Positions 1 to 9,560 of a stretch of 64,000 nt of DNA are shown here, piece after piece. Source of the DNA: a virus (lineage: Duplodnaviria > Caudoviricetes); IMG/VR virus record IMGVR_UViG_3300031760_000002, positions 1 to 64,000 of that record; one strand, written 5' to 3'. Positions within the stretch are counted from its first letter, which is position 1. Every line of letters begins with the position of its first letter. The position numbers were made by a program, and so were the translations under genes. The notes below the pieces were generated by a model. It saw only the letters and a program-made list of their open reading frames with translations, did no database searches and had not been told where the DNA came from.

Positions 1-6
1 GTCCAG

Positions 7-219
7 TTACTCATGTTTGTCCTCCTCGTTTACCCGTTCGATTTGGTAATCCATCCAACTCTCAGCACCGGATGCACCAATCTTCTCACTAAGTGCATCG
101 TTGGCTTCTTCATTGATCTCATCTTCGTCATCGTCGTCGGAGTACGGTACTGCCACTTCGAAGTAGCAGTTAACCCACGCTCCGACTTTCATGACATTGT
201 TTTTCTCATCTTTCGGCAT
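7..219 (-). CDS. hypothetical acidic protein
   Basis: 70-aa ORF overlapping the upstream gene; GGAGG RBS. Confidence 0.6.
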   Translation of the reverse strand: MPKDEKNNVMKVGAWVNCYFEVAVPYSDDDDEDEINEEANDALSEKIGASGAESWMDYQIERVNEEDKHE

Positions 220-973
220 TGATATCCTCCTTTTTCTTCCTCATGACCACAGTCTCGGTCGCGCAGGCTAGACCGAACGCCGGATACTTGTCGAACCCGT
301 TGTGGGAACCCTCCATGGAATTCACCAGCTCGGAGTACCCGTTTTCGCCCATGAACTCCTTCACGAGCTTCTTGTCCTCGTCGGACATCTCGTCGTCCTT
401 CCCGTACGTGCAGTAGTAGATCGCCCAGCACGGGAACGATTCAACGTACTCCATGTCCGGTGGTAGGGCCGGGTATACCCCGTCCTCGGCCATGACCCGC
501 TTCAGGGCTTCGACGTTCCACTCGAACGACTCCGAGAAGTCGTAGTCGACCTCGTAGGCGGACGACCACCCGGACATGTTGTTCGTGACGAACTGCGACT
601 CGGCGACGAGCTTGAAGACGGTGAAGTCGTCATCGTCGTCCTCGTAGTTCAGCCGGTACAGCGTCCCGCCGTCCGCCTCCATCAAGGGACGGAATCCGAG
701 CGGTCCGTCGGAATGGTGGGTCTCCTCCACCTTACTACGGATCTCCTCCTTCTCATCCCGGTAGTCGTCGAACCACTCGGGGTGCTGGTCCTCGACCTCG
801 AACCACAGCCAGTCGTTGAGCTGGATGTTCGTGATACCATCCGGGAACAACTCCTCGATTTCGGCCTGGGCCTTGTCGACCGTCCCGTACTCGATCAGCT
901 TGTCGAGGACGTTGCGACCCTCCGACCACGCCTTGAAGTCCTTCAGGTCGACGTATTCGTCGATTATCTTCAT
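206..973 (-). CDS. hypothetical phage protein
   Basis: Start re-set to MKIIDEY (ATG at 973, AAGGAG RBS, ATGA overlap); acidic. Confidence 0.7.
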   Translation of the reverse strand: MKIIDEYVDLKDFKAWSEGRNVLDKLIEYGTVDKAQAEIEELFPDGITNIQLNDWLWFEVEDQHPEWFDDYRDEKEEIRSKVEETHHSDGPLGFRPLMEADGGTLYRLNYEDDDDDFTVFKLVAESQFVTNNMSGWSSAYEVDYDFSESFEWNVEALKRVMAEDGVYPALPPDMEYVESFPCWAIYYCTYGKDDEMSDEDKKLVKEFMGENGYSELVNSMEGSHNGFDKYPAFGLACATETVVMRKKKEDINAER

Positions 974-1218
974 TTGTTGGCTCCTTCCGTCTTGTACTCC
1001 CTCCAGCTCGGAGGAAGGACCGAATCGTACGAACAGTACCAGCGGAAGATCGGATGACTCCAGTTTCTGCCCAGAGTCATCCACTCCAGCGCCATCCCGT
1101 TCTGGTCTTCGAACCTTCCGCGAAATGCCGCGGCTGCCCGACGGGCCTTCTTGAAGTCATTGTACTTGCGGACAAGGGTCCTTCCCTGTATCTGGTTACC
1201 CGCCTGGACAATCCACAT
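970..1218 (-). CDS. hypothetical protein
   Basis: 82-aa ORF tiling between neighbours. Confidence 0.55.
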   Translation of the reverse strand: MWIVQAGNQIQGRTLVRKYNDFKKARRAAAAFRGRFEDQNGMALEWMTLGRNWSHPIFRWYCSYDSVLPPSWREYKTEGANK

Positions 1219-1510
1219 CGATCTCCTCCAGTCTGCCGAACGGCTTGTCCACGTCGTTCTCCAGGATGCTCAGCTCGAAGACCCCACCACCGCAGAGTCC
1301 ACCCTCGAAGTGAAGTCCGGCCCGGAGCAGCTTCTCCGGGTCGAACCACTTGTCCAGCGTTTTGACGACCTTCCCGATCGCCTCCTTGTCGGAATCCGAG
1401 TCCTGGATGTCCAGGTCGACGTTGCCGAGAGTGGCCACGTCGTTGACTTCGAATCCGTCGTCTGCGTTGCCCCAAACGTCCCAATAGTGCACGAACCTGT
1501 ATTTGCTCAT
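1196..1510 (-). CDS. hypothetical protein
   Basis: Start MSKYRFV with GGAGG RBS; DVWGN..DGFEVND motif. Confidence 0.65.
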   Translation of the reverse strand: MSKYRFVHYWDVWGNADDGFEVNDVATLGNVDLDIQDSDSDKEAIGKVVKTLDKWFDPEKLLRAGLHFEGGLCGGGVFELSILENDVDKPFGRLEEIDVDCPGG

Positions 1511-1881
1511 AGAGCCTCCAGATGCGTCAGCTTTCCATACGGGTCCTTCTCTCGGATCCTTGCAGCGATCAGGTTCCACGCCCTTTCGACGAAGCCGCCG
1601 AAGTCGTCGAACGAGCACTCGTACACGACCGGCACGTTGCCACGTCCTCCAGGGTGCTCGAACGTATTCAGCTGGCCCTTCAGCACCTTCAGGTGGTAGT
1701 TGACGCTCAGCAGCATGTTGCCCAGGAACGACGCGTACAGGTTGTGCGGGTCATTGGTGTTCTCGTAGCTTGAAACGATCTCGTCCTTCCAGAACGAGTC
1801 GAAGTCGCAGTTCAGAACCTCCAGCCGCTTTTTGACGGCCGGTTCGCCAGACAGCACGATCTCAATTTTCGTTTTGCTCAT
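1507..1881 (-). CDS. hypothetical protein
   Basis: Start MSKTKIE, GGAG RBS. Confidence 0.6.
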   Translation of the reverse strand: MSKTKIEIVLSGEPAVKKRLEVLNCDFDSFWKDEIVSSYENTNDPHNLYASFLGNMLLSVNYHLKVLKGQLNTFEHPGGRGNVPVVYECSFDDFGGFVERAWNLIAARIREKDPYGKLTHLEAL

Positions 1882-1886
1882 TTTTT

Positions 1887-2348
1887 CTACTCCGTGATGT
1901 ATTTCAGTATTTCGGTAGCCGCAGCCATTCGTTTCGTGTACCGTTCGCCTAAACGAAGGCACACGTGTTTGTCGATCAACTTCGGGTGGTGCCAGTCTGA
2001 AGTCGTAATAACCCAGAAGAACGGAACACGCTCCAGACGCCGTACCGGAGTCGTGGAAAACATGTACAGGATCATTTTGTTCCTCCTGTTCTTGTCTTCC
2101 AGGATCTCGCGGATCCTATCCGGGATGCCGTACTTCAAGTAAGGCTTCAGGTCGAACGCCATCAGCTCTCCTGGACGGAACACGTGCCCGTTGCATTCCG
2201 TCTCGGAGAACGGCCGGATGAGCGTGCTGATCTGCGTGTTGGCAATCGACTGACCGTGGGAGATGCAGTTCGTTTGTCGATCGAACCCCTTCCATCCAGT
2301 GTCGATCAGCATCTTCGTACCGCGCTTGTTGAACTCAGCTTTTTTCAT
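1887..2348 (-). CDS. hypothetical protein
   Basis: 153-aa ORF, AGGAGG RBS. Confidence 0.65.
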   Translation of the reverse strand: MKKAEFNKRGTKMLIDTGWKGFDRQTNCISHGQSIANTQISTLIRPFSETECNGHVFRPGELMAFDLKPYLKYGIPDRIREILEDKNRRNKMILYMFSTTPVRRLERVPFFWVITTSDWHHPKLIDKHVCLRLGERYTKRMAAATEILKYITE

Positions 2349-2535
2349 CCTTGTCCTCCTTGATGTAGACGTCCTTCACCTTGAAGTCACCGCATTCAGT
2401 GACGCAGCACGTGAAGTATACGCTGTGCCCCTTCCTGCATGGATCCATTTCGAAGTACGCCTTGCTCTTTCCGGTTCTCTTGAACTTGCAGGCGCCGCAG
2501 TTCGGACGCCCCTGATCGTCCCGGCTATTTGTCAT
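2335..2535 (-). CDS. small Cys-rich protein
   Basis: CGACKF...C...CC...C pattern. Confidence 0.5.
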   Translation of the reverse strand: MTNSRDDQGRPNCGACKFKRTGKSKAYFEMDPCRKGHSVYFTCCVTECGDFKVKDVYIKEDKDEKS

Positions 2536-2734
2536 ATTCGACCCCGTCGATGTAGACGATGTCGTATTCATCCTCCGTCAAATCGCTGTAGTGCATGTCC
2601 TTCGGAATGGTGTTGAACACGGCTCGGATGCGATCCCACGCCTCCTCGTACGCCTTCTTTTTGTTCGGCGTCTTCGCGTTCACCGTGACGCGTACGAACA
2701 ACGGGATCTCGACGTCGTAGTCTCCCTTAGGCAT
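2525..2734 (-). CDS. hypothetical protein
   Basis: Start MPKGDY, GGAGG RBS. Confidence 0.55.
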   Translation of the reverse strand: MPKGDYDVEIPLFVRVTVNAKTPNKKKAYEEAWDRIRAVFNTIPKDMHYSDLTEDEYDIVYIDGVEYDK

Positions 2735-3047
2735 CGCGCACCTCCGTAGCACCCGTGACGTCGCAGACCTCACCCGGAGGCCCCATGATCTCGTATGTTC
2801 CATGCTCCGCGCTGGGTCCGGTCCGGTCGACGTCCAGAATGTCGGACGCCACCTTGATCGCGGAATGGGTGCTCGTGGCGTTCACCCGGATCCTGAACCT
2901 GACGGTCTTCGGGATCGTGACCTCGTAGACCTTCAGGTTGGCCTCGTTCCATTCGAACAGCCTCTGGTCGAGGTCGTTCAGACCGGAAACTCCGTACCTG
3001 TCCAGGATCTCCTGGACGTGCTCCATGTTTTCCTCTGTGATATTCAT
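2727..3047 (-). CDS. hypothetical protein
   Basis: 106-aa ORF overlapping both neighbours. Confidence 0.6.
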   Translation of the reverse strand: MNITEENMEHVQEILDRYGVSGLNDLDQRLFEWNEANLKVYEVTIPKTVRFRIRVNATSTHSAIKVASDILDVDRTGPSAEHGTYEIMGPPGEVCDVTGATEVRDA

Positions 3048-3271
3048 CCGATGATGTCCTTGCTTTTGATTATGGCGTAGTCCTGCTTGCCGCGTAACCT
3101 GGTCTTCACCTCGTATTCCGTTTCGGTGCCGTCTTCAGTCATCGTTACGAAGATCTTGACGATCTTGCCGTGATGGACCTTTCCATCGTCGTCCATGTAG
3201 AACTTGATGGTGTTGCCGACATTTTGGCTGAGAAGAAGGTAGCATCCGCAGTCTTTCTTTTCCTTAGTCAT
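3044..3271 (-). CDS. hypothetical protein
   Basis: 75-aa ORF, AGGAGG RBS. Confidence 0.55.
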   Translation of the reverse strand: MTKEKKDCGCYLLLSQNVGNTIKFYMDDDGKVHHGKIVKIFVTMTEDGTETEYEVKTRLRGKQDYAIIKSKDIIG

Positions 3272-3845
3272 TCCCGATCCTCCTGTTCTGTACGCGACGG
3301 CACCACCGCCTGTGGCCCTTCATGTCCTTTTCTCGCACCTGCACCTTTCCGAAGAACAGCCTGTATTTGCGGATCCCGCAATTGTACCCGGTGTCCTCGT
3401 CGGCCCAGCGGTGGTCGATGTAGACGCCGGGAAACCTCAGCGCGAGCTTGTTGACGACCGGTATCGGCGGAGACCACGCGGTGTCGAACCAGACGATCCA
3501 CTTTCCGTCGGAACCGTCTTCGTCGACCGACGGGTCGTACGAGTTCCATTTCGTGCCCCAGTGCTGGAGCCGCCATTCATACCAGTATTCGAATGGCCTG
3601 TCTCCCTTGAACCTCGGCTTCCAGTCGTCCATGTACCCTTTCGGATACCACGTTGGATCCTCAATGGATTTCCTGACCGACTCCGTCTGGGGGACGATCT
3701 TGTCGAAGTCGAACGGGTTCAATGCCAATTCCCCGTTGTAGCTGTGCACCTGCTGCTCCTCGTCTCCCCTGCAGAAGTCGACGATCTTCTTCACTATGTC
3801 CTTTGGACCCGTGATCTTGATCCTATTTGTGATGTTGTTAGGCAT
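3264..3845 (-). CDS. YubB/DUF1281-like ferredoxin-like domain protein
   Basis: MPNxxxN start plus WRLQHWGTKWN and FDTAWSPP motifs typical of this mobile-element family. Confidence 0.75.
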   Translation of the reverse strand: MPNNITNRIKITGPKDIVKKIVDFCRGDEEQQVHSYNGELALNPFDFDKIVPQTESVRKSIEDPTWYPKGYMDDWKPRFKGDRPFEYWYEWRLQHWGTKWNSYDPSVDEDGSDGKWIVWFDTAWSPPIPVVNKLALRFPGVYIDHRWADEDTGYNCGIRKYRLFFGKVQVREKDMKGHRRWCRRVQNRRIGND

Positions 3846-4137
3846 TCATGGTTCCTTTCGTTATGCTCCAGACGAACTCCAGGTCACCGTCGTCGAACTG
3901 CAGCCATGCGTGGTCGGCGTCTTTCGACGGGACCTCGCAGTCGGCATGCGGCGTCGAGTGGGAGCTGTCGTACGTGGCGACCCAATCGTCGGCCATGGCC
4001 GCGTTGGCCTCCTTGAACGAGGGAAACGCCCACCCCAGCAGATCCTGATGCTGCGGGCTACCGTGGAGCGGGTAGTACATCATGATCCTGGACAGGACGT
4101 AGACCGTCCTGCGCCGCCTTTTTGGCTTCTTGGTCAT
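3838..4137 (-). CDS. hypothetical protein
   Basis: 99-aa ORF in the operon tiling. Confidence 0.55.
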   Translation of the reverse strand: MTKKPKRRRRTVYVLSRIMMYYPLHGSPQHQDLLGWAFPSFKEANAAMADDWVATYDSSHSTPHADCEVPSKDADHAWLQFDDGDLEFVWSITKGTMNA

Positions 4138-4337
4138 CGGTAGTAGTCCTCCCCATCAACCCTTACGTTCAGTTCATCGTTGTCGAACCCGCTCCGGACG
4201 AAGTTATCCGGAGGCAGGAGCTTCGTGTACTTGTGCATTTTTTCGAATGCCTTGCACACGGCCTCAGCCCGGGTCATCGCCTTCACGGTGTCGACGAACT
4301 TCATGTCCAGTTCGACCTCTACTTCGTATTCCTTCAT
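4134..4337 (-). CDS. hypothetical protein
   Basis: 67 aa, AAGGAG RBS, ATGA overlaps. Confidence 0.6.
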   Translation of the reverse strand: MKEYEVEVELDMKFVDTVKAMTRAEAVCKAFEKMHKYTKLLPPDNFVRSGFDNDELNVRVDGEDYYR

Positions 4338-4672
4338 CCGAACGCTCCTTTCCAGCGTATGTTCCTATGGATCGTCCACTCCCTCGACTCCACGTCCTGC
4401 ATGATCTCGACGGTTCCGTCGCTCACAGCCTCCCTGAGGTCGTCCCAGTCGTTGTAGCATCCGCGCCACACCAGGTAGCCGTACTCGTCCACGATGCAGT
4501 GCGTCGCCTCGTCACCGTACTCCTCGTCCTCGAGGAGCAGAAGGCGTGGCCCGAACTCGGTGGACTCGTCCACCACATACCAGGTCCCGGAAAGACCGGG
4601 AACCCGGATATGGTCGGAGTTGCCGCAAAGAGGTGAGCCGTCGAGCTCGCGTTCCCACGGCTTCTTGCTCAT
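4334..4672 (-). CDS. hypothetical protein
   Basis: GTWYVVD...LLEDEEYGDEA..IVD..G motif, resembling domains seen in mobile-element proteins. Confidence 0.6.
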   Translation of the reverse strand: MSKKPWERELDGSPLCGNSDHIRVPGLSGTWYVVDESTEFGPRLLLLEDEEYGDEATHCIVDEYGYLVWRGCYNDWDDLREAVSDGTVEIMQDVESREWTIHRNIRWKGAFG

Positions 4673-6471
4673 GAGAACCTCCCGCCAACCGTTTCGGAGA
4701 GCCATTTGAACCCGTCCGACTTCTGAAGGTCGTAGGCGGCACTCTGGTACTTCTCCAGCAGGCTGAGCCTGTTTTCCAGGTCGTTGGATCCGATCACGCT
4801 GTGCTTTTTCATGGCGCGGTCGATCTCATACCACTCACACATCCCGCGGCCGAGCGGCTTGTCCTTTCGGCTGAGCCGTAACGCCTTGAGTTCGTCAAAG
4901 CTCTTTTTGAGCTCATCCGTGGAACCGATCAGGTTCTGCCCGCAGATGACCTTGTAGTTGTGGAGCTCATTAATGTACGTGCTGAACTCGTCGATCGTCC
5001 GGAAGTGCCAGTCTCGGAGCATCTGCTGGAACCGATCGAGCTGCTCAAGGCTCTTGTCGAGAGGACCGGGCCCAATGAAGCCGTCCGCGGCATAGCTGTG
5101 CTTGTCGAGCACCTTGCGGTACTCTTTCAGCGTGTCGAGCTCGGCACCGAGGACCATGGAGTTCTCGATGTTGTGCTTGGCGAGGATGACATTGATATCC
5201 TGCCACTCCCACACCTTGCGGCCGAGCATCTCGTCCTCCGGGTTGAACGTGTCCGTCCAGCGCTGTTGGAGCTTGTTGACCTCGTTCTGGAGCTCGTCGT
5301 TCCTGCGGGACGCCGCCTCGAAGCTTTGAACGGCTTCCTTGCGCTGCTTCTCCAGGTCGTCGGAGACCGCCTTCAGGTCCTTGTTCTCCTTCTCCAGCCT
5401 CCTGACATTGGCAAGAGCGTTGATGTAGTCGGTCGTGGGGCCGTACATCAGGCGCTCGCGAAGCTTGCAGAAGTCGTTTACACCGTACTCGTCCAGGAGC
5501 TGGATGAGGGATTCCAGCGGCATGCACAGGTCGCGGCTCAGCTTTCCGTCGATGTAGTTCCACTGCTTGAGCGCGTTGTCGAGGCTTTCCAGGGTCAGCA
5601 TGTTGTGCTTGCGCTGGATCTTCTCGATCTCGACACACTTCTTGCGGTAGTCATCGGCGGCATGTTCGAGGTTTTCGGCCTTCTTCTTGTAGAAGTCTCG
5701 ATCGTCCCTGGCCTTCCACGCGTCTTCGCGCCACATGGCGCATCCTTCCTCGCCTTCCTTGCGGGCCTTGTCGTAGAGCTTCTTTAGGTTATTGTACCAC
5801 CTGCGAAGCTTGTGGGCCTCTTCCCCGTCACGGGCAATGGCCTCCTTGGCGGAGCACAACTCGCGTTCCAAGGATTCGATCTTCGCAGTAAGGTCGCGTC
5901 CTTCCTTGATCTTGGCAGTGCAGCTGTCGGCAAGACTCGTCTTCAGGGATTCCACGTCTTCGCGCTTGTGTTCGAGCTCGACAAGGGCATCCTTGAGCTT
6001 AGACATGGTGTCGATGCCGTAGGCGTTTACGAGTTCGTGGATCTTGTCCCACTTCCACGCCTTATCGCGAAGTTTGTCGCACTCGATGCCCTTATCGTTG
6101 AACGACTTCCTGTACGCCTCGAATTCGTTGCCCATTTTAACGAGCTTCTCGCAAAGCTCGTCGCACTTCTTCTTGGCTTCGACCCGCATCTCCGCCTCGC
6201 GCTTGAGAGCCCCGCGGACGCCTTCGAGCTCGTGCGACGTGCTGACCAGCTTTTCTCGGTAAGCGTAGAACTGGTCGGCGAGCTTCTTGTTTGACTCCTC
6301 CTTTGCGTCACGTTCCTTGGTAACAGCGTCAAGTCGTTCGCTCAGGCTTGTAACAGCGCCCTTCAGGTGCTTGTTGTCGTTCTCGAGCTGCTCAATCTCC
6401 GACTTGTAGAGATCTCGTACTTCGCGGATCTTGCATTCAAGCTGGTATTTCGTGTAGGTTTCCTTTTTCAT
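4669..6471 (-). CDS. long coiled-coil protein
   Basis: About 600 aa, E/K-rich heptads; internal repeat LGRxxxEWxxI...KH; start MKKETY with AGGAG RBS. Confidence 0.75.
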   Translation of the reverse strand: MKKETYTKYQLECKIREVRDLYKSEIEQLENDNKHLKGAVTSLSERLDAVTKERDAKEESNKKLADQFYAYREKLVSTSHELEGVRGALKREAEMRVEAKKKCDELCEKLVKMGNEFEAYRKSFNDKGIECDKLRDKAWKWDKIHELVNAYGIDTMSKLKDALVELEHKREDVESLKTSLADSCTAKIKEGRDLTAKIESLERELCSAKEAIARDGEEAHKLRRWYNNLKKLYDKARKEGEEGCAMWREDAWKARDDRDFYKKKAENLEHAADDYRKKCVEIEKIQRKHNMLTLESLDNALKQWNYIDGKLSRDLCMPLESLIQLLDEYGVNDFCKLRERLMYGPTTDYINALANVRRLEKENKDLKAVSDDLEKQRKEAVQSFEAASRRNDELQNEVNKLQQRWTDTFNPEDEMLGRKVWEWQDINVILAKHNIENSMVLGAELDTLKEYRKVLDKHSYAADGFIGPGPLDKSLEQLDRFQQMLRDWHFRTIDEFSTYINELHNYKVICGQNLIGSTDELKKSFDELKALRLSRKDKPLGRGMCEWYEIDRAMKKHSVIGSNDLENRLSLLEKYQSAAYDLQKSDGFKWLSETVGGRFS

Positions 6472-6481
6472 TTGATTACTC

Positions 6482-6991
6482 CTAGATGTGATGGTCAATT
6501 GACCCGTAGACGTATACCGCGGTGTCCTCCTTATCATTGTCTTCAACATACCGGATCAACGACCTTCGGTACGTGTCGTAGTCCTCCTCGCCGCCCTCGT
6601 AGATCTCAACGAACACCGTTGTGTACGGATCGAGGTAGCTCGTAAGGACGTTGAGACGGTGGATACCCCCGAAGTAGTCGTCTTCCGTCAGACCGTCGGC
6701 GCACTCCTTGATCCGTTTGATCTCCGATCGCAGAAACGACCGGATGCACCCCTTCGGGATCTTCACCTTCACGGTGCCGTCCTTCAGGACCGACCCCTTG
6801 ATCGCGTGCGGTATGTCGGGAAGAATTCCGTCCAGGAACGTGACGAAGCTGTCCAGAAGATCCTTCTTCGGAAGGTCCTCGATTTCACAGTAGTCGCTTT
6901 TGACCTGTTCGTTGAACTCGACCTCGTCCGGCATCCAGGGCTCCTTGACCCTTTTGTCGAACGAAACGACGTATCCCCTGTAATGGCTCAT
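6482..6991 (-). CDS. hypothetical protein
   Basis: 169-aa ORF, GAGGAGG RBS. Confidence 0.65.
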   Translation of the reverse strand: MSHYRGYVVSFDKRVKEPWMPDEVEFNEQVKSDYCEIEDLPKKDLLDSFVTFLDGILPDIPHAIKGSVLKDGTVKVKIPKGCIRSFLRSEIKRIKECADGLTEDDYFGGIHRLNVLTSYLDPYTTVFVEIYEGGEEDYDTYRRSLIRYVEDNDKEDTAVYVYGSIDHHI

Positions 6992-7251
6992 TCGAAGTCC
7001 TCCTCTTTCCAGTCGTCCGGGAATCCCTCGGCCGCATCTTCGTATAGGGCTCGTTCGCTGACTCTCTTTTGCAGCATCTTAATCGTGTTTTCCAGGTGCT
7101 GGTCCGACATGAGGTCGACCGAGATCTCGTTGCCATCCTTCATCTTCCAGTAATAGGTGGTCCTCTTCTCCCGTTCAAGAAGAAGCTTTTCAAGCGCCTG
7201 CTCCGGATTTTCGATGCTCAAATGGATTGTAGGTCTGACGCGATTCCTCAT
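6988..7251 (-). CDS. hypothetical protein
   Basis: W..KDG..I....MSDQHLENTI motif common in small phage proteins. Confidence 0.65.
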   Translation of the reverse strand: MRNRVRPTIHLSIENPEQALEKLLLEREKRTTYYWKMKDGNEISVDLMSDQHLENTIKMLQKRVSERALYEDAAEGFPDDWKEEDFE

Positions 7252-7658
7252 TTCTTACCTTTCTTAATCTTGGTGACCTTGTACCCGCGCTTCTCGAGCA
7301 TCTCGACCAGCGTCTTGTCGTCGGCGTAATGGAGGTCCTGCGACGACTTGTCTCCGGACTCAACACCATCCCTTGTGACGTCGATCCATCCGTCGTAGTC
7401 CCCGACGTACTCCAGCTCGCCTTCGAGCCACACGTTTGGGCCGATCTTCTCCTGCACGTTCCGCAGAGTGGAGTCCAGGCACGACTCGGGGTAGTCCTCG
7501 AATTCAATTGCGCACTCCTTCTTGTTGAAGGAAACGCTGTATTCGTCCTCGGCGATACCCTCCTCCGCCAAGGCCTCCGTAGCTACCTTCCACGCCTCGG
7601 CCTTCGACACCTTGTCGTTCCAGCACACCATCAGGGTGCCATAGTTGTTGATTGTCAT
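7248..7658 (-). CDS. hypothetical acidic protein
   Basis: Start MTINNY with AGGAGG RBS. Confidence 0.65.
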   Translation of the reverse strand: MTINNYGTLMVCWNDKVSKAEAWKVATEALAEEGIAEDEYSVSFNKKECAIEFEDYPESCLDSTLRNVQEKIGPNVWLEGELEYVGDYDGWIDVTRDGVESGDKSSQDLHYADDKTLVEMLEKRGYKVTKIKKGKK

Positions 7659-7659
7659 T

Positions 7660-8037
7660 CTAGTCCTCCTTGATTCCATCCCGAGGAAGCTCCCCGGTCT
7701 TGATGAAGTGATTGAGTTGCTTGACCAACTCCTTGGCCATGTCGATGCTCAGGTGCATGCGGGAAAACACATGCACCTTGTCAGGGAGGATGTAGTCGCT
7801 CCAGCCATAAGTTTCACCCGAGCCTTCTTCCGGAACAATCCTAGGTGGGGGAAGGTCCTTGGCATCGACCGACATGACCTTGACCTCGGCCGGCGACACC
7901 CCCAGCCAAATGGCGGGTTCGTCCGCAAGGCTGCTTTCCTGTATGGAGCACTTTGTGCCATACAGGTCCGTGAACTCTCCGCGGACAAAGCCCTGATTCG
8001 TGCAGGATCCTTCAATGAGCGGCTTATTTACGGTCAT
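7660..8037 (-). CDS. hypothetical phage protein
   Basis: Start MTVNKP; T..GF...EF.D.YG..CSIQESSLA.EPAIWLG...RMHL motif. Confidence 0.7.
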   Translation of the reverse strand: MTVNKPLIEGSCTNQGFVRGEFTDLYGTKCSIQESSLADEPAIWLGVSPAEVKVMSVDAKDLPPPRIVPEEGSGETYGWSDYILPDKVHVFSRMHLSIDMAKELVKQLNHFIKTGELPRDGIKED

Positions 8038-8297
8038 TCCTGCTCCTCCCATTCTTCGCATCCGGTGAATCCCAGCTGTTCGGCGATCCTGTCGTACTCG
8101 TCGCGGTCGATCTCGAACGCGTCGATATACGTCGACCCGTCGGCAGAAAAGGCAACAAGCCTGACTTTGCACTCGTCGATCCTGTCCTAAATACCTTTGA
8201 ACTGATCGGCCGGAACGATCAGCTTCCTGCCGGACTTCAGGTTGATCGAGATGTACGCCGGGGCTACCGGCGTCGTTGTCGTAGTCATTTCCCACAT
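8034..8297 (-). pseudogene. 87-codon gene with one in-frame TAG (codon 37)
   Basis: GGAGG RBS, ATG at 8297, TAG at 8187-8189; frame stays open to TGA at 8034-8036, which overlaps the next ATG. Confidence 0.6.
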
Positions 8298-8351
8298 GCT
8301 TCCGTCCTCCGGGCAACCTGTCGGTATTCCCGACAGGCTGCCCATTCATGG

Positions 8352-9281
8352 TTAGAACGCCTTGAACTTGGCGGCTGCAGCGATCTCCGCCGCCGTCACT
8401 TTGTCCGCGCTGACGAGATACTTATCCAGCGTGTACTTGGTGGCCGAGTAGACGCGATCCGACCGCTCCTTGCCTCCGCGGCGGCGGGCACGCATGAACT
8501 TGTCCAGCGCGTCCTCCAGCGCGTACGCCGGCTCGGCCAGCTTCCCGTTGCGGGTCGCGGCCAAGTCCGGATTGCGGACCTTCTCGGCGAAGTCGAGCAG
8601 GAGCGCCCGGTGCTGCGGGTTGGCGATGTAGTCGCCGATGATCGCACCGTACACGCCGGTCGACAGGATCTTTCCCGTGCGGGAGCTGGTGGACCGGGTC
8701 TTGAGCGCCTCGACGAACTCCCCGAGGCCGCCTTCGTCCATGAGTCCGACGATGATTCTCGTGGCGTTCGGGAACCGCGGCACCTTCTTCCGCTCGTTGC
8801 GGATGTAGGTGTAGACGCAGTTCGCGTCGTACGTCGAGTAGCGGCGCCCGAACTCCATGGCCAGGTTGTCGGCCGTGGTGTTGCGGTCGCCCGAGTTCGA
8901 GTCGGTACGCTCCTCCCACGCGACCCGGCGCACGTTGAACGTGTGGCCGAAGTAGCCGAGATCCAGCATAGCGTACAGCTTGTGCTGTCCGCCGGACAGG
9001 ATGAGCTTGTGCGTCTCCGGGTGCTCTGCGACCTCGATGAAGCACGACGCGTCGTGGAACTCCCCGTCTACGATCTTGAGCTCCCATCCCTCCACGCGGA
9101 CCTTCCGGACGTCGCGGTTCTCCGGATTGCAGGACAGGTACGCGATGATGCGCTCCTTCGTGAACTCCTGCGGGATGATCTCGTGGAGCTTGATGTCCTC
9201 CGTCGTCGGGAAGAGCTTGTGCTCCGTACGCTGCTTGATGCCGAACTTCTTGTCCAGCGATTCCTGGTATTCCGTTTTCAT
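8352..9281 (-). CDS. ParB/Srx-like (DGQHR-type) domain protein
   Basis: LILSGGQHKLYAM resembles the DGQHRL motif. Confidence 0.5.
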   Translation of the reverse strand: MKTEYQESLDKKFGIKQRTEHKLFPTTEDIKLHEIIPQEFTKERIIAYLSCNPENRDVRKVRVEGWELKIVDGEFHDASCFIEVAEHPETHKLILSGGQHKLYAMLDLGYFGHTFNVRRVAWEERTDSNSGDRNTTADNLAMEFGRRYSTYDANCVYTYIRNERKKVPRFPNATRIIVGLMDEGGLGEFVEALKTRSTSSRTGKILSTGVYGAIIGDYIANPQHRALLLDFAEKVRNPDLAATRNGKLAEPAYALEDALDKFMRARRRGGKERSDRVYSATKYTLDKYLVSADKVTAAEIAAAAKFKAF

Positions 9282-9299
9282 TGGGTTGTTGTTGGTTGG

Positions 9300-9560
9300 T
9301 TATCGTTTGTTGATTTCGTCCTCGAGCTTCGTGAAAGCCTCCTCCATGCGCGAACACGCGAAGTCGAAGTGCATCAGTTCTCGAGGCTGCGACCGGAGGT
9401 TCAGCTCGCGGTCCAGATCGTTCATCAGGGACTGCACCTTCTTCCACGCTTCGTACATTTTCGGCAGATACAGGAGCTCCAGCTTCTTGATCTTGTCCTT
9501 GCCACTTTTTTGCACCTTTTTGGCGGGTGCCTCATCACTATTTTGCAGCTTTTTGCGCAT
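9300..9560 (-). CDS. hypothetical protein
   Basis: 86 aa, GGAGG RBS. Confidence 0.55.
   Translation of the reverse strand: MRKKLQNSDEAPAKKVQKSGKDKIKKLELLYLPKMYEAWKKVQSLMNDLDRELNLRSQPRELMHFDFACSRMEEAFTKLEDEINKR

Noticed and set aside
8187-8189. Genome-wide TAG reassignment
   Set aside because: TAG ends several intact genes (e.g. at 10021, 39322, 50102) and long conserved genes are uninterrupted in code 11.
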